NCBI GenBank assembly: GCA_963697335.1
Contig: CAVONQ010000010.1
Location: 75,596 to 139,595, forward strand
DNA: 64,000 nucleotides
Origin: an uncultured cyanobacterium
GTDB lineage: Bacteria; Cyanobacteriota; Cyanobacteriia; PCC-6307; Cyanobiaceae
Direction: 5' to 3'
Under the pieces are notes generated by a model. It was not told where the DNA came from, ran no database searches, and worked only from the letters and a program-made list of their open reading frames with translations. Of this stretch, positions 10,261 through 20,596 are shown one piece after another; the first letter of the stretch is position 1, and each line of letters starts with the position of its first letter. A program made the position numbers and the translations under genes.

Positions 10261-10283
10261 GTGAGGAGTGCGATTCTGTTTTT

Positions 10284-10646
10284 ATGCTCACCGGAACAGA
10301 CCTCCTCAACAAGGTCAAGGAGCTTGGCGATGTTGGCAAATCCGATCTCGTGCGGGCCTGCGGCTACGTGTCTACCAAAAAAGACGGCAGCGAGCGGCTG
10401 AACTTCACGGCATTCTACGAGGCTCTTCTAAGTGCCAAGGGAGTGGATTTCGGCGCTGCTCCCTCCACCGGCAAAGGGGGACGCAAGCTGAGTTTTTCCA
10501 CAAAGGTGCAATTCAATGGCAATCTGATGGTGGGCAAGGCCTACACCGCCTTGCTGGGCCTCGAGCCCGGTGATGAATTCGAGATCAAGCTGGGCCGCAA
10601 GCAGATTCGCCTGGTGCCCCTGGGTGGCGAGGACGAGGAGGAGTGA
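10284..10646 (+). CDS. Cyanobacterial AbrB-like transcriptional regulator
   Basis: LTGTDLLNKVKEL, CGYV, FYEALL, VQFNGNLMVGKAYT, GDEFEIKLGRKQIRL. Confidence 0.9.
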   Translation: MLTGTDLLNKVKELGDVGKSDLVRACGYVSTKKDGSERLNFTAFYEALLSAKGVDFGAAPSTGKGGRKLSFSTKVQFNGNLMVGKAYTALLGLEPGDEFEIKLGRKQIRLVPLGGEDEEE

Positions 10647-10651
10647 CGGCC

Positions 10652-12334
10652 TCAAGTTGGCTGAGCCACGGCCAGAGCCACTTGCTCAGCCAGCTTGATG
10701 CCGTCGATGGCGGCAGAGAGGATTCCACCGGCATACCCAGCCCCTTCACCTCCCGGATAGAGCCCCGGGGTGTTGAGGCTCTCGAGGGTTGTGCGATCGC
10801 GGGGAATCCTCAGCGGTGATGACGTACGCGTTTCCACGCCGGTGAGCAGGGCACCGGAGCTGCTGAATCCAGGAAGCTTGCCCTCGAAGGCGGGCAGCGC
10901 TTCCCTGAGGGCACCCACCACGTAGGGCGGCAGGCAGCTGCTCAGGTGGGCCCGATGAACACCAGGCTGGTAGGAGGGAATCACGCTCGTGAAGGCCCCC
11001 TCCCCCTGGCCCTCAGGGCTGATGTCGGCCAGGAAATCGGCAACGGTCTGGACCGGTGCCTGGTAGGCGCCCCCACCCGCCGCGAAGGCCAGCTGTTCCC
11101 AGTGCCTCTGGAAGGCCACCCCCGCCAGCGGGTCGTGCTCGAAGCGGCCGTAGGACAGTAGATCCTCCAGGGTGACCGGCACCACCAGGCCGCTGTTGGC
11201 ATTGCGCTCGTTGCGGGAGTGCTGGCTCATGCCATTGGTCACCACCGCACCGGCCTCCGAGGTGGCCCCCACCACCAGGCCGCCCGGGCACATGCAGAAG
11301 CTGTAGACGCTGCGGCCCTCCAGGCCCGCCCCGCTGCAGTGGTGCACCAGCTTGTACTCGGCGGCGCCTAGGCGGGGGTGCCCGGCCGCCTCGCCCCAGC
11401 GGGCCCGGTCGATCAGGGGCTGGGGATGCTCGATCCGCAGACCGATGGCGAAGGGCTTGGGCTCCAGCGCCACGCCACACTCCTCCAGCTTCACGAAGGT
11501 GTCGCGGGCGCTATGACCCACCGCCAGCACCACCGCGTGGGTGGTGATGGTCTGGCCATCGGCCAGCCGCACGCCCTGTACCCTGCGGCTGCCAGGAGCC
11601 AGGAGCAGCCCCTCCACCCTGGTGCCGAAGCGCACGTCCCCACCCAGCGTCTCGATCCGCTGCCGCAGCCCCCGCACCACCGTGGCCAGCTTGAAGGTGC
11701 CGATGTGGGGGTGGTGGTGCGTGAGGATCTCCGGGTTGGCCCCGGCGGCCACCAGCTCCTCCAGCACCTTGCGGCAGTAGGGGAGGGGTTCGCTCACCTG
11801 GCTGTAGAGCTTGCCGTCGGAGAAGGTGCCGGCACCGCCCTCGCCGAATTGGGCATTGGACTCCGGGTTGAACGGCAGCTGGCCCTTCCAGAAGCCAAAG
11901 GTGTCGGCGCTGCGCTGCTTCACGGCCGGCCCTCGCTCCAGCAGCAGGGGCCGCAGCCCCATCTGGGCCAGCAGCAGGGCGGCGAAGTAGCCGCAGGGTC
12001 CCGCGCCCACCACCACCGGCCGGGTAGCGGCGCTGTAGCTGCCACTGCCGGTGGGCAGCACGGGGTGATAGGTGCTGTCGGGGCTGGGCCTCAGGTGGGG
12101 ATCCCCGCGGAAGCGCTGCAGCAGCCGCTCCTGCTCCCGCTCGCTGAGATCGAGCACCAGATCCAGGCTGTACACCAGCTGGATCGGCTTGCCGCGGCGG
12201 GCATCCACACTGCGCTTCACCAGCTGGTGGTGGCTCAGCTGAGCGGCGCTGAGCCGCAGCCGCCGGCAGATCGCCGCTGGCAGATCGGAATCCCCATGGT
12301 CCAGGGGCAGCTTCAGCTCACTCAGCCGCAGCAA
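10652..12334 (-). CDS. NAD(P)/FAD-dependent oxidoreductase (uncharacterised FAD dehydrogenase family)
   Basis: GAGPCG, FGEGGAGTFSDGKL, FCMCPGG, GEGAGYAGGI; start inferred at TTG 12334. Confidence 0.87.
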   Translation of the reverse strand: MLRLSELKLPLDHGDSDLPAAICRRLRLSAAQLSHHQLVKRSVDARRGKPIQLVYSLDLVLDLSEREQERLLQRFRGDPHLRPSPDSTYHPVLPTGSGSYSAATRPVVVGAGPCGYFAALLLAQMGLRPLLLERGPAVKQRSADTFGFWKGQLPFNPESNAQFGEGGAGTFSDGKLYSQVSEPLPYCRKVLEELVAAGANPEILTHHHPHIGTFKLATVVRGLRQRIETLGGDVRFGTRVEGLLLAPGSRRVQGVRLADGQTITTHAVVLAVGHSARDTFVKLEECGVALEPKPFAIGLRIEHPQPLIDRARWGEAAGHPRLGAAEYKLVHHCSGAGLEGRSVYSFCMCPGGLVVGATSEAGAVVTNGMSQHSRNERNANSGLVVPVTLEDLLSYGRFEHDPLAGVAFQRHWEQLAFAAGGGAYQAPVQTVADFLADISPEGQGEGAFTSVIPSYQPGVHRAHLSSCLPPYVVGALREALPAFEGKLPGFSSSGALLTGVETRTSSPLRIPRDRTTLESLNTPGLYPGGEGAGYAGGILSAAIDGIKLAEQVALAVAQPT

Positions 12335-12471
12335 GGGATCTCCTCGACGGTGTCCCAGTTGTAGATCGGCGAGCTTCTGTTGCAATCGTCCCTGGTCGCC
12401 CCCACCACCTACCAACTCCCGGCCATCGTGGGTGCAATCCCGTGCCCATCAGGGACCTGCGCTCGCTGCCC

Positions 12472-12600
12472 ATGGGTCTGGCCCACTGTCCCCTCTGTGT
12501 CGCCCTGGCGGTGCTGGCCGTGCTGCGCAGCGGCGCCCATGCCCTGCAGCTCTGGCAGTTGAGGCCCGCCGCGGTGCCGCTGCCCATCCCCTCTCCCTAG
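12472..12600 (+). CDS. Putative 42-aa small membrane protein with CxxC
   Basis: Hand translation MGLAHCPLCVALAVLAVLRSGAHALQLWQLRPAAVPLPIPSP*; GC3-rich codons; fills an intergenic gap. Confidence 0.5.
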   Translation: MGLAHCPLCVALAVLAVLRSGAHALQLWQLRPAAVPLPIPSP

Positions 12601-12669
12601 GGTCTGGCGTGGAGTGCAGGCGAGGGTCTGTGCTTCCCCCAACCCGTGTTGCTGCAGCTGCTTTTCTGA

Positions 12670-13443
12670 ATGTCTTCCGCCCCCGAGGTCTGCAGACTCG
12701 AAGCCACCTACTTCGGCGCCAACGGTTGGCTGCTGCAGTTCGACCAGCTGAGGGTGCTGGTGGACCCCTGGCTCACCGGAACCCTGGAGTTCCCGCCGGG
12801 CCCCTGGCTGTTCAGGGGGCAACTGCCCCGCCCCTGGCCCGCCCCGGAACGGCTGGATCTGCTGCTGCTCACCCAGGGCCTGCCCGACCACTGCCATCCC
12901 GCCAGCCTGGCGCTGCTGGATCCGAAGCTGCCTGTGGTGGCCTCCCCCACGGCGGCGCGCCGGGCCCGGGAGCTGGGTTTTCAGCAGGTGACCACCCTGG
13001 CCCCAGGGCAGTCCCACAGCATCCATGGGCTCAGCATCCTCGCCACGGCGGGGGCCCCGGTGCCCCAGGTGGAGAACGGCTACCGGCTTGACCATGCCGC
13101 CGGGAGCCTCTACCTCGAGCCCCACGGCTACCTCGATCCCACCTTGGCGGCCGAGCCCCTCGATGCGGTGATCACTCCAGTGGTGGACCTGGGCCTTCCC
13201 CTGGCCGGGGCCTTTGTGAGGGGCCAGCAGGTGTTGCCGCAGCTGCTGGAGCGGCTGAGGCCCTCCACCGTGCTGGCCAGCACGGCCGGAGGGGATGTGC
13301 GTTTCGATGGCCTGCTCAGCCGTGCCCTCTGGCAGCGGGGCAGCGCAGCCGAGGCCGCCGGCACCATTGCCGCCCGGACCCAGCCCCCCCGCTTCATTGA
13401 TCCCATCCCCGGCGAGCCCTACCGGCTGACGCGGCCGGATTGA
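12670..13443 (+). CDS. MBL-fold metallo-hydrolase
   Basis: GANGWLL, LVDPWL, TQGLPDHCH, YLEPHG. Confidence 0.82.
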   Translation: MSSAPEVCRLEATYFGANGWLLQFDQLRVLVDPWLTGTLEFPPGPWLFRGQLPRPWPAPERLDLLLLTQGLPDHCHPASLALLDPKLPVVASPTAARRARELGFQQVTTLAPGQSHSIHGLSILATAGAPVPQVENGYRLDHAAGSLYLEPHGYLDPTLAAEPLDAVITPVVDLGLPLAGAFVRGQQVLPQLLERLRPSTVLASTAGGDVRFDGLLSRALWQRGSAAEAAGTIAARTQPPRFIDPIPGEPYRLTRPD

Positions 13444-14414
13444 TGGCCTCCCTGGCGCCACTCTGGGCCATGGCCCAGCCGCTGCGATGGCTGCAGGAGT
13501 GGGGCCGCGATCCGCTGTTGGTCAAGTTCGCCTCTGCCGCGGTGGTGCTCGTGGTGATCAGCCTGCTGATCCGTGCGAGCCAGGCCTCCCTCACCCGCTA
13601 CCTGCGGGATGCCGACTCCCGCTACTACGCCCGCAAGCTGGTGGCGCTCAGCGGCTATTTCATTGCCCTGGTGGGCCTCACCGTGATCTTCAAGGACCGC
13701 CTGGGCGGCCTCACGGTGGCGATCGGTGTGGCCGGCGCGGGGATCGCCTTTGCCCTTCAGGAGGTGATCGGCAGTGTGGCGGGCTGGATTGCCATCTCCT
13801 TCGGTGGCTTCTATCGGCCCGGCGACCGGGTGCAGGTGGGGGGGATCAAGGGAGATGTGATCGATGTGGGCATCCTGCGCACCACCTTGATGGAGCTGGG
13901 CGAGTGGGTGGATTCAGACCTCTATTCGGGCCGGATCGTGCGGATCGCCAACAGCTTCGTGTTCAAGGAGCCGGTGTTCAACTACTCCGGCGACTTCCCC
14001 TTCCTCTGGGATGAGCTCCGACTTCCGGTGCGCTACGGCAGTGACCACCGCCTGGTGCGCCGGATTCTCGAGACCATCGGGGCGGAAGTCGCCACCGACG
14101 TGCTCACCGATGCCGTGCGCCAGGCCTGGGCCGAAATGCTGCAGAAATACCTATTGGAGCATGCCCGCATTGACCACCAGGTGACCCTGGTGCTCACCGA
14201 CAACTGGATGGAGTTCACCCTCCGCTACGTGGTGGATGTCAAGAAGCGGCGCCTGATCAAAGATCAGATCTATACCCGGATCCTTGAGGAGTTCGAACGC
14301 TTTTCCCCCAGGGTGAGTCTCTCCTCCACCACCATGGAGGTGGTGGCACTGCCGCCGCTGGAGGTGCACCTGAACAACCCCTACTCCGGCCCACCTGCTG
14401 AGCCCGAGCCTTGA
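13443..14414 (+). CDS. Small-conductance mechanosensitive channel (MscS family)
   Basis: Three TM helices, GAGIAFALQ, GDRVQVGGIKGDVIDVG, VFNYS; TGATG coupling with the upstream gene. Confidence 0.9.
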   Translation: MASLAPLWAMAQPLRWLQEWGRDPLLVKFASAAVVLVVISLLIRASQASLTRYLRDADSRYYARKLVALSGYFIALVGLTVIFKDRLGGLTVAIGVAGAGIAFALQEVIGSVAGWIAISFGGFYRPGDRVQVGGIKGDVIDVGILRTTLMELGEWVDSDLYSGRIVRIANSFVFKEPVFNYSGDFPFLWDELRLPVRYGSDHRLVRRILETIGAEVATDVLTDAVRQAWAEMLQKYLLEHARIDHQVTLVLTDNWMEFTLRYVVDVKKRRLIKDQIYTRILEEFERFSPRVSLSSTTMEVVALPPLEVHLNNPYSGPPAEPEP

Positions 14415-16873
14415 CCCGGCCCAGGGGCCCCAGATCGGCAGCTCAGCTCAGCTTCGATCGCGGCCACGGCGATGCGGGTGCTGAGCACGGCATCGGGGTT
14501 GAGGCTGATCGAATCGATGCCCTCCTCCACCAGGAACGCGGCGAAGTCTGGATGGTCGCTGGGGGCCTGACCGCAGAGGCCGATCTTGCGGCCGCAGCGG
14601 TGGGCGGTGCGGATCGCCAGCTGGATCATCGCTTTCACCGATGCGTCGCGTTCGTCGAACAGATCCGCCACCAGGGCTGAATCGCGATCCAGCCCCAGGG
14701 TGAGCTGGGTGAGGTCGTTGGAGCCGATCGAGAAGCCATCGAAGCGCTCGGCGAAGGCCTCGGCACTGATCACGTTGCTGGGCAGCTCGCACATCACATA
14801 CACCTGGAGGCCGTGCTGGCCGCGCACCAGCCCGTGCTGCGCCATTGCGGCCAACACCCGATCCCCCTCTTCGGGGGTGCGGCAGAAGGGCACCATGGGA
14901 ATCACGTTGACCAGCCCCATGGCCTCCCGCACCCGCCGCAGGGCACGGCACTCGAGACCGAACGCGTCTCGAAAGGCCGGGGCGTAGTAGCGGGAGGCGC
15001 CGCGCCAGCCGAGCATGGGGTTGTCCTCATGGGGCTCGAACGCGCTGCCGCCGAGCAGCCGGGCGTACTCGTTGCTCTTGAAGTCCGAGAAGCGCAGGAT
15101 CACCGGGCGGGGGTAGAAGGCGGCGGCAAGGCGCGCCATCCCCTGGGCCAGGCGATCCACGTAGTACTCACTGGCCTCGGCATAGCCAGCGATGAGGCTG
15201 GCGATCGCCTGCCGTTCACCTGCGTCCGTCACCCGTTCCGGCTCCAGCAGGGCCAGCGGATGCACCCGGATGTGGTTGGCAATGATGAACTCCAACCGGG
15301 CCAGCCCCACCCCGTCGCAGGGGATCGCCGCCAGCTTGAAGGCCTCCTCCGGGTTGCCCACGTTCATCAGGATCTGGGTGTGGGTGGAGGGCAGGTTGTC
15401 CAGGGGGCGCTCCTCCACGGAGAAGGGCAGGGCACCGCGGTACACCCGGCCCTGATCCCCCTCGCAGCAGCTGGCGGTCACCTCTTCTCCGTCGGGAATG
15501 CGGCGGCTGCCGTCGCCGGTGCCGACGATGGCCGTGATGCCCATCTCGCGGGCAATGATCGCCGCGTGGCAGGTGCGGCCGCCCTGGTCGGTGATCACGG
15601 CGCTGGCCCTTTTGAGGATCGGCTCCCAGTCGGGGTCAGTGCGCTCGGTGACGAGCACCTCCCCCTGGCTGAACCGAGCGATCTCGCCGGGGTGGCGGAG
15701 GATCCGGGCCCGCCCGCTGCTCACCGAGGCGCCGATCGCCCGCCCCTGGGCCAGTTGCTCGGCGCTGTGGGGAGCCAGATGCCAGGTCCGCAGCACCGCC
15801 GCTGATCGGCGGGACTCCACCGTTTCCGGCCGGGCCTGCAGGATGTACAGGTCGCCGCTGCCGCCGTCCTTGGCCCACTCGATGTCCATGGGGGTCGGTG
15901 TTCCCCGCTGGGCGCTGTAGTGGCGCTCGATCGCACAGGCCCAGCGGGCCAGCTGCAGGGCTTCGGCGTCGCTGATGGCGAAGCGGCAGCGCTCCTGCTG
16001 TGGCACCGGCTGGGTGAGCGTGCTGGCATGGCCGGGCTCGGGGGCGCCGGCACCGGCCGGGGGGGCGTCGGCATAGACCATCCGGATCGCCTTGCTGCCC
16101 AGGCGCCGGTGCACGATGGCGTCAAATCCCTGCTCCAGGGTTGGCTTGAAGATCAGATATTCATCGGGGTTCACCGCCCCCTGCACCACCGTTTCCCCCA
16201 GGCCGTAGGCGGCGGTGAGCAGCACCGCGTCACGGAACCCCGTCTCGGTGTCGATGCTGAACATCACGCCTGAAGCGGCCAGGTCGGAGCGCACCATCCG
16301 CTGCACGCCGATCGAGAGGGCCACCTCCAGATGCTCGAAGCCGTGGATCTGGCGGTAGGAGATGGCCCGGTCGGTGAACAGGGAGGCGTAGCAACGCCGG
16401 CAGGCGGCCAGCAGGGCCTGTTCACCGCGCACGTTGAGGAAGGTGTCCTGCTGGCCCGCAAAGGAGGCCTGGGGCAGGTCTTCGGCCGTGGCGCTGGAGC
16501 GCACGGCCACCGCCGGGGGTTCGCCGCCGGGCTCCAGGGCCCTAAAGGCTCCGACAATCGCCTCCTGCAGGTCAGGGGGCAGGGGGGAGCCCAGCAGCAG
16601 GGCCCGGGCGGCGGCGCCTGCGGCCTGCAGCGCCCCCAGATCGCTGCTGTCGAGACCCTCCAGCAGGTCCTTGAGCTGCGGTTCGAGGTCGTTGACGGCG
16701 AGGAAGTGGCGGTAGGCGGCCGCCGTGGTGGCGAAGCCGCCGGGCACCCGCACCCCCTGGCCACCGAGTTCCCGGATCATCTCTCCGAGGGAGGCGTTCT
16801 TGCCGCCCACCTGGGGCAGGGCTTTCAGATCCACCGCTGCCAGCGGCAGCACCAGGGGGTCAGCAGGGGTCAT
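14381..16873 (-). CDS. ppsA: Phosphoenolpyruvate synthase
   Basis: VGGKNASLGEM, VRSSATAEDLP, GGRTCHAAI (phospho-His), FSIGSNDLTQ. Confidence 0.96.
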   Translation of the reverse strand: MTPADPLVLPLAAVDLKALPQVGGKNASLGEMIRELGGQGVRVPGGFATTAAAYRHFLAVNDLEPQLKDLLEGLDSSDLGALQAAGAAARALLLGSPLPPDLQEAIVGAFRALEPGGEPPAVAVRSSATAEDLPQASFAGQQDTFLNVRGEQALLAACRRCYASLFTDRAISYRQIHGFEHLEVALSIGVQRMVRSDLAASGVMFSIDTETGFRDAVLLTAAYGLGETVVQGAVNPDEYLIFKPTLEQGFDAIVHRRLGSKAIRMVYADAPPAGAGAPEPGHASTLTQPVPQQERCRFAISDAEALQLARWACAIERHYSAQRGTPTPMDIEWAKDGGSGDLYILQARPETVESRRSAAVLRTWHLAPHSAEQLAQGRAIGASVSSGRARILRHPGEIARFSQGEVLVTERTDPDWEPILKRASAVITDQGGRTCHAAIIAREMGITAIVGTGDGSRRIPDGEEVTASCCEGDQGRVYRGALPFSVEERPLDNLPSTHTQILMNVGNPEEAFKLAAIPCDGVGLARLEFIIANHIRVHPLALLEPERVTDAGERQAIASLIAGYAEASEYYVDRLAQGMARLAAAFYPRPVILRFSDFKSNEYARLLGGSAFEPHEDNPMLGWRGASRYYAPAFRDAFGLECRALRRVREAMGLVNVIPMVPFCRTPEEGDRVLAAMAQHGLVRGQHGLQVYVMCELPSNVISAEAFAERFDGFSIGSNDLTQLTLGLDRDSALVADLFDERDASVKAMIQLAIRTAHRCGRKIGLCGQAPSDHPDFAAFLVEEGIDSISLNPDAVLSTRIAVAAIEAELSCRSGAPGPGQGSGSAGGPE

Positions 16874-16979
16874 TGGCGGCGGTGCGGCTGAGCTGAATCT
16901 GACCCGGATGGACAGTCTGCGCTCCGACTGTGAATGGGCCTAAAGACTGGGTGAGCCGGATTCCGGGTGGCACAGTGGA

Positions 16980-17477
16980 GTGATTCAGCACGCCCCACCC
17001 ACGGTTTTCGTGTTCCGTTTCTCCCAGGTTTGCACCGCCCTCAGCGCGCGGACGCTTGCCACCACCGCCACATCTGTGACCACTTCCCTGGCTGTGGCGA
17101 TGGCTGCAACCATCTCCCTGGCACCTGCGGCCTTGGCCCAGGCGGCCGCGGCTGGCAAGCCGGCCACGATGGAGTTGATGAACGACATGGCCCTTGCCGC
17201 CGCGGTCAACGTGTGCGAGCTCGCCGTGGAGTCCAAGGTCCCGGTGGAGAAGGCCGTGTTGTCCAACGCCAAGGCCATCACCTATGTGGTGACCAGCCGC
17301 TACGGCAGCCAGGTGGCCAACGCCGGCACCCTTCAGCCGGAGCAGATCGCCAATGGCGCGATCATTCAGGTGGTGGGCCGGGTGCGCCAGGGCTGCTACG
17401 CCAAGCTCGCCGGCGCCGACAAGAAGTTCGTCGATGAGGTGATCACCGAGTACTCGAACGCTGTCCAGAAGAAGTAG
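16980..17477 (+). CDS. Hypothetical exported protein (two Cys)
   Basis: Signal-peptide-like segment ending ALAQ; strong coding-type codon bias; start uncertain. Confidence 0.65.
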   Translation: MIQHAPPTVFVFRFSQVCTALSARTLATTATSVTTSLAVAMAATISLAPAALAQAAAAGKPATMELMNDMALAAAVNVCELAVESKVPVEKAVLSNAKAITYVVTSRYGSQVANAGTLQPEQIANGAIIQVVGRVRQGCYAKLAGADKKFVDEVITEYSNAVQKK

Positions 17478-17489
17478 ACCTGAGGCGCT

Positions 17490-17717
17490 TCAACGCTGGT
17501 CGTCTGTTCGCTGACTGTCGCGGCTGTTCTCGGGAGCAGGCTCCGGCAGCAGCTGGGCCAGCAGGCCGGCGCCCATCAGCAGGCCGCCCAGCACGGCCGC
17601 CAGGGTGCGGTTGTCGCCCCCAGGCCCGTCACTCCACACGGCAGCGGCCATGAAGGCGCCCCCCAGCAGCAGGCTGGGCACCAGCACGATCCCCTTGGCA
17701 GTGCGATTCAGGCTCAT
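17490..17717 (-). CDS. Small two-TM protein (GIVxVP motif family)
   Basis: NRTAKGIVLVPSLLLGG; two hydrophobic helices. Confidence 0.75.
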   Translation of the reverse strand: MSLNRTAKGIVLVPSLLLGGAFMAAAVWSDGPGGDNRTLAAVLGGLLMGAGLLAQLLPEPAPENSRDSQRTDDQR

Positions 17718-18157
17718 GGACTGCTCGGGCAGTCCTCGCCTCCGACGGGGTCAGCCGTGGCCAGGCCTTGCTGCACCAGGCCGGCGCCGAGGTCCAGGGG
17801 ATCTGGACCCTCTGGCGCCAGCCGGGTGACCCTGGCCAGCAGCATGCCGTCAGCCGTGCCCATCGGCCGCAGGTTGACGCGGCTGCGCCGCGGCAGTTCA
17901 GCCCGCAGCCAGTCGGCCACCCCGGCCTGGCTCTCGGGGTCAATGCGGGTGCAGGCCAGGGCCACGGTGTAACTGCGGTTGCCGTCACCCACCTGCAACT
18001 GGCCGTTGCCCCGCACCTGCAGCACCTGAGCGGCCTGGGCCACCGAGGGCCAGAGCAGCCATCCGGCCAGCGCCGCCAGCAGCAGGCTCAGAGCTTGGCG
18101 CCGCAGCTGGGGCAGAAGCGGTGGTCGCTGGCCGTGCTGATGCCGCAGCTGTTGCAT
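17714..18157 (-). CDS. Exported thermonuclease (SNase)-fold-like protein, probably inactive
   Basis: Signal peptide (AQA), [32 protein letters not shown]; start uncertain, overlaps the ilvB 3' end. Confidence 0.6.
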   Translation of the reverse strand: MQQLRHQHGQRPPLLPQLRRQALSLLLAALAGWLLWPSVAQAAQVLQVRGNGQLQVGDGNRSYTVALACTRIDPESQAGVADWLRAELPRRSRVNLRPMGTADGMLLARVTRLAPEGPDPLDLGAGLVQQGLATADPVGGEDCPSSP

Positions 18158-19986
18158 TGCCTGGTGGTGTCGATGGCGAGTTCGGGGTGGGTGGGGAGCC
18201 CCACCATCTGGGCATTACTGGCGCCCGGAGGAACCATCGGGTAGCAGTTCTCATTGCGGCGCACCTTCACGTCGATGAAGGCCGGGCCGGGGTGCTCCAG
18301 GGCTTCCCGGAGCTGCTGGTGCAGGCTGGAGCGCTCCGTGATCAACACGCCGCGCACTCCGAAAGACTCGGCCAGGGCCTCGAAGTTGGGCATCCCGCCG
18401 GTCATCTCGGAGGCTGAATAGCGCTCGTCGTAGAAGCTCTCCTGCCACTGGCGCACCATGCCCTGCCAGCCGTTGTTGATCACCACCACCTTCACGGCCA
18501 GGTTGTACTGGGCCAGAGTGCCCAGTTCCTGGATGTTCATCAGAATGGATGCATCGCCAGCCACGCAGATCACCTGCTGGTCGGGGAAGGCGGTCTGCAC
18601 GCCCATGGCGGCAGGCATGCCGTAGCCCATGGTGCCGAGGCCGGCGCTGCTGATCCAGCGGCGCGGACCGTTGTGCAGGTACTGGGCCGCCCACATCTGA
18701 TGCTGGCCCACATCGGTGGTGAAGTAGGCACTGGGGGCCAGCTCCTGCAGGGCGATGATCACCTCCTGGGGAGCGATCTCACCCTCTGGTGTCGGCGTGA
18801 CCAGGGGGTAGTGGTGCTTCCAGCTGTCGATGCGCTCCAGCCAGGCCTCGGTGCGGCCCTGGGAGCGGTCGGTGCCGGAGCCGTCCACACCGGCGGCCTG
18901 GAGCAGACCTTCGAGCACCTGGCGCACGTCGCCCACCAGGGGCACATCGGGCACCCGGGTCTTGCCCACCTCAGCGGCGTCGATGTCGATGTGGATCACC
19001 TGGGCCCGGGGCGCGAAGCCATCGAGCCTGCCGGTCACCCGGTCATCGAAGCGAGCGCCGGTGGCGATCAGCAGATCGCATTCGGTCACGGCGAAGTTGG
19101 CGTAGGCGGTGCCGTGCATGCCGAGCATGCCCACGGCCAGGGGGTGGGTCTCATCGAAGGCCCCCTTGCCCATCAAGGTGGTGGTGACGGGCAGCCGGAA
19201 GGCCTCCGCCAGCTGGCGCACCTGGTCGTGGGCGCCGCTGCTGATGGCTCCACCGCCCACGTAGAGCAGGGGGCGGCGGGCCTGACGGATCAGCTCCAGG
19301 GCCTGGTGGATCCGCTCCGGATCGGGCCGGGGGGGCAGGCGGAAGCCCGCCGGAATGGCCGTGCCTGGCTCCACGGGCACGTAGTCGAACTGTTCGGCAC
19401 CCACGTCCTTGGGCACGTCGATCAGCACCGGACCGGGGCGCCCGGTGGCGGCGATGAAGAAGGCCTCCGCCACGATGCGGCCGATGTCGCGGGGGTCGCG
19501 CACGACCCAGGAGTGCTTCACGATCGGCAGCGTGATGCCGAAGATGTCGGTCTCCTGGAAGGCGTCGGTGCCGATCGAGGCCCGTGGCACCTGGCCTGTG
19601 ATCACCACCATGGGCACGGAGTCCATGTGGGCGGTGGCGATGCCCGTGACCAGGTTGGTGGCCCCGGGCCCGGAGGTGCCGAAGCACACGCCCACCTTGC
19701 CGGTGGCGCGGGCGTAGCCATCGGCGGCATGGGTGCCCCCCTGCTCGTGGCGCACCAGGATGTGCTTGAGCCAGCCGCGGCTCTCCGCCTGGTGCAGTTC
19801 GTCGTAGATGGGCAGGATCGCCCCACCGGGGTAGCCGAAGATGTGCTCCACCCCATGGCGGTGCAGGGCATCCATCAGGGCATAGCCGCCTGTCACCCGC
19901 TGGCTCAACTGGGGGCCTTCACTCACGGCCATCCCGGCCGGGGCGGGAGCGGACTGGGCCGCGGAGCTGAGGGGCGTAAGCGTCAC
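18088..19986 (-). CDS. ilvB: Acetolactate synthase large subunit
   Basis: [41 protein letters not shown] motif; start inferred at GTG 19986. Confidence 0.96.
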   Translation of the reverse strand: MTLTPLSSAAQSAPAPAGMAVSEGPQLSQRVTGGYALMDALHRHGVEHIFGYPGGAILPIYDELHQAESRGWLKHILVRHEQGGTHAADGYARATGKVGVCFGTSGPGATNLVTGIATAHMDSVPMVVITGQVPRASIGTDAFQETDIFGITLPIVKHSWVVRDPRDIGRIVAEAFFIAATGRPGPVLIDVPKDVGAEQFDYVPVEPGTAIPAGFRLPPRPDPERIHQALELIRQARRPLLYVGGGAISSGAHDQVRQLAEAFRLPVTTTLMGKGAFDETHPLAVGMLGMHGTAYANFAVTECDLLIATGARFDDRVTGRLDGFAPRAQVIHIDIDAAEVGKTRVPDVPLVGDVRQVLEGLLQAAGVDGSGTDRSQGRTEAWLERIDSWKHHYPLVTPTPEGEIAPQEVIIALQELAPSAYFTTDVGQHQMWAAQYLHNGPRRWISSAGLGTMGYGMPAAMGVQTAFPDQQVICVAGDASILMNIQELGTLAQYNLAVKVVVINNGWQGMVRQWQESFYDERYSASEMTGGMPNFEALAESFGVRGVLITERSSLHQQLREALEHPGPAFIDVKVRRNENCYPMVPPGASNAQMVGLPTHPELAIDTTRQCNSCGISTASDHRFCPSCGAKL

Positions 19987-20014
19987 GGCTGCAGCAGGCC
20001 CACCAATGGGGCCA

Positions 20015-20596
20015 CTATCGGACACCAGCAACCCTAGGTGCTGCTGCGGTTTTTGGAGCTTGTCTGGCCCGGGCCATGGCCCGCAACACCTGGGCTGGAT
20101 CGATCCAGCGCCCGCCGTGGCGCAACCCCCAGTGCAGGTGGGGGCCGGTGGTGCTGCCGCTCATCCCCACGTGGCCGATCACCTGGGCGGTGCGCACGCC
20201 CTGCCCCAGCCTGAGCTGCACGGCGCCACTGCGGTAGGAGCCCCCTGAGCCGCGGCCAGCCAGGTGGCAATAGATGTGCTCATAGGCCCCGGAGCGGATC
20301 ACCAGGCCCACGCCGCAGCCACCGTCGTTGATCACGTCCTTCACCACGCCTCCCCACCAGCTGCGCACCGGGGAGCCCAGGGGGGCGGCGATGTCCAGAC
20401 CGTAGTGGGGGCGCCTGTCGCCGCCCAGCGGGTGCACGCGCATGCCGAAGGCGCTGGTGTAGCCAGCGAAGCTGGCCACCGGGAAGGCCCCGAGCCGCCA
20501 GCTGTCGGCACGGGCGGCGGGCAGGCCAGCCAGCAGGGGTGCCAGCAGCAGGGCCACAGCCGCCATGGCCCGGCGCTCAGAGCAGCCCCAGGGCAT
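20015..20596 (-). CDS. M23-family metallopeptidase
   Basis: HYGLD, YCHL, TGPHLH motifs; signal peptide; start uncertain (20566-20614). Confidence 0.87.
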   Translation of the reverse strand: MPWGCSERRAMAAVALLLAPLLAGLPAARADSWRLGAFPVASFAGYTSAFGMRVHPLGGDRRPHYGLDIAAPLGSPVRSWWGGVVKDVINDGGCGVGLVIRSGAYEHIYCHLAGRGSGGSYRSGAVQLRLGQGVRTAQVIGHVGMSGSTTGPHLHWGLRHGGRWIDPAQVLRAMARARQAPKTAAAPRVAGVR

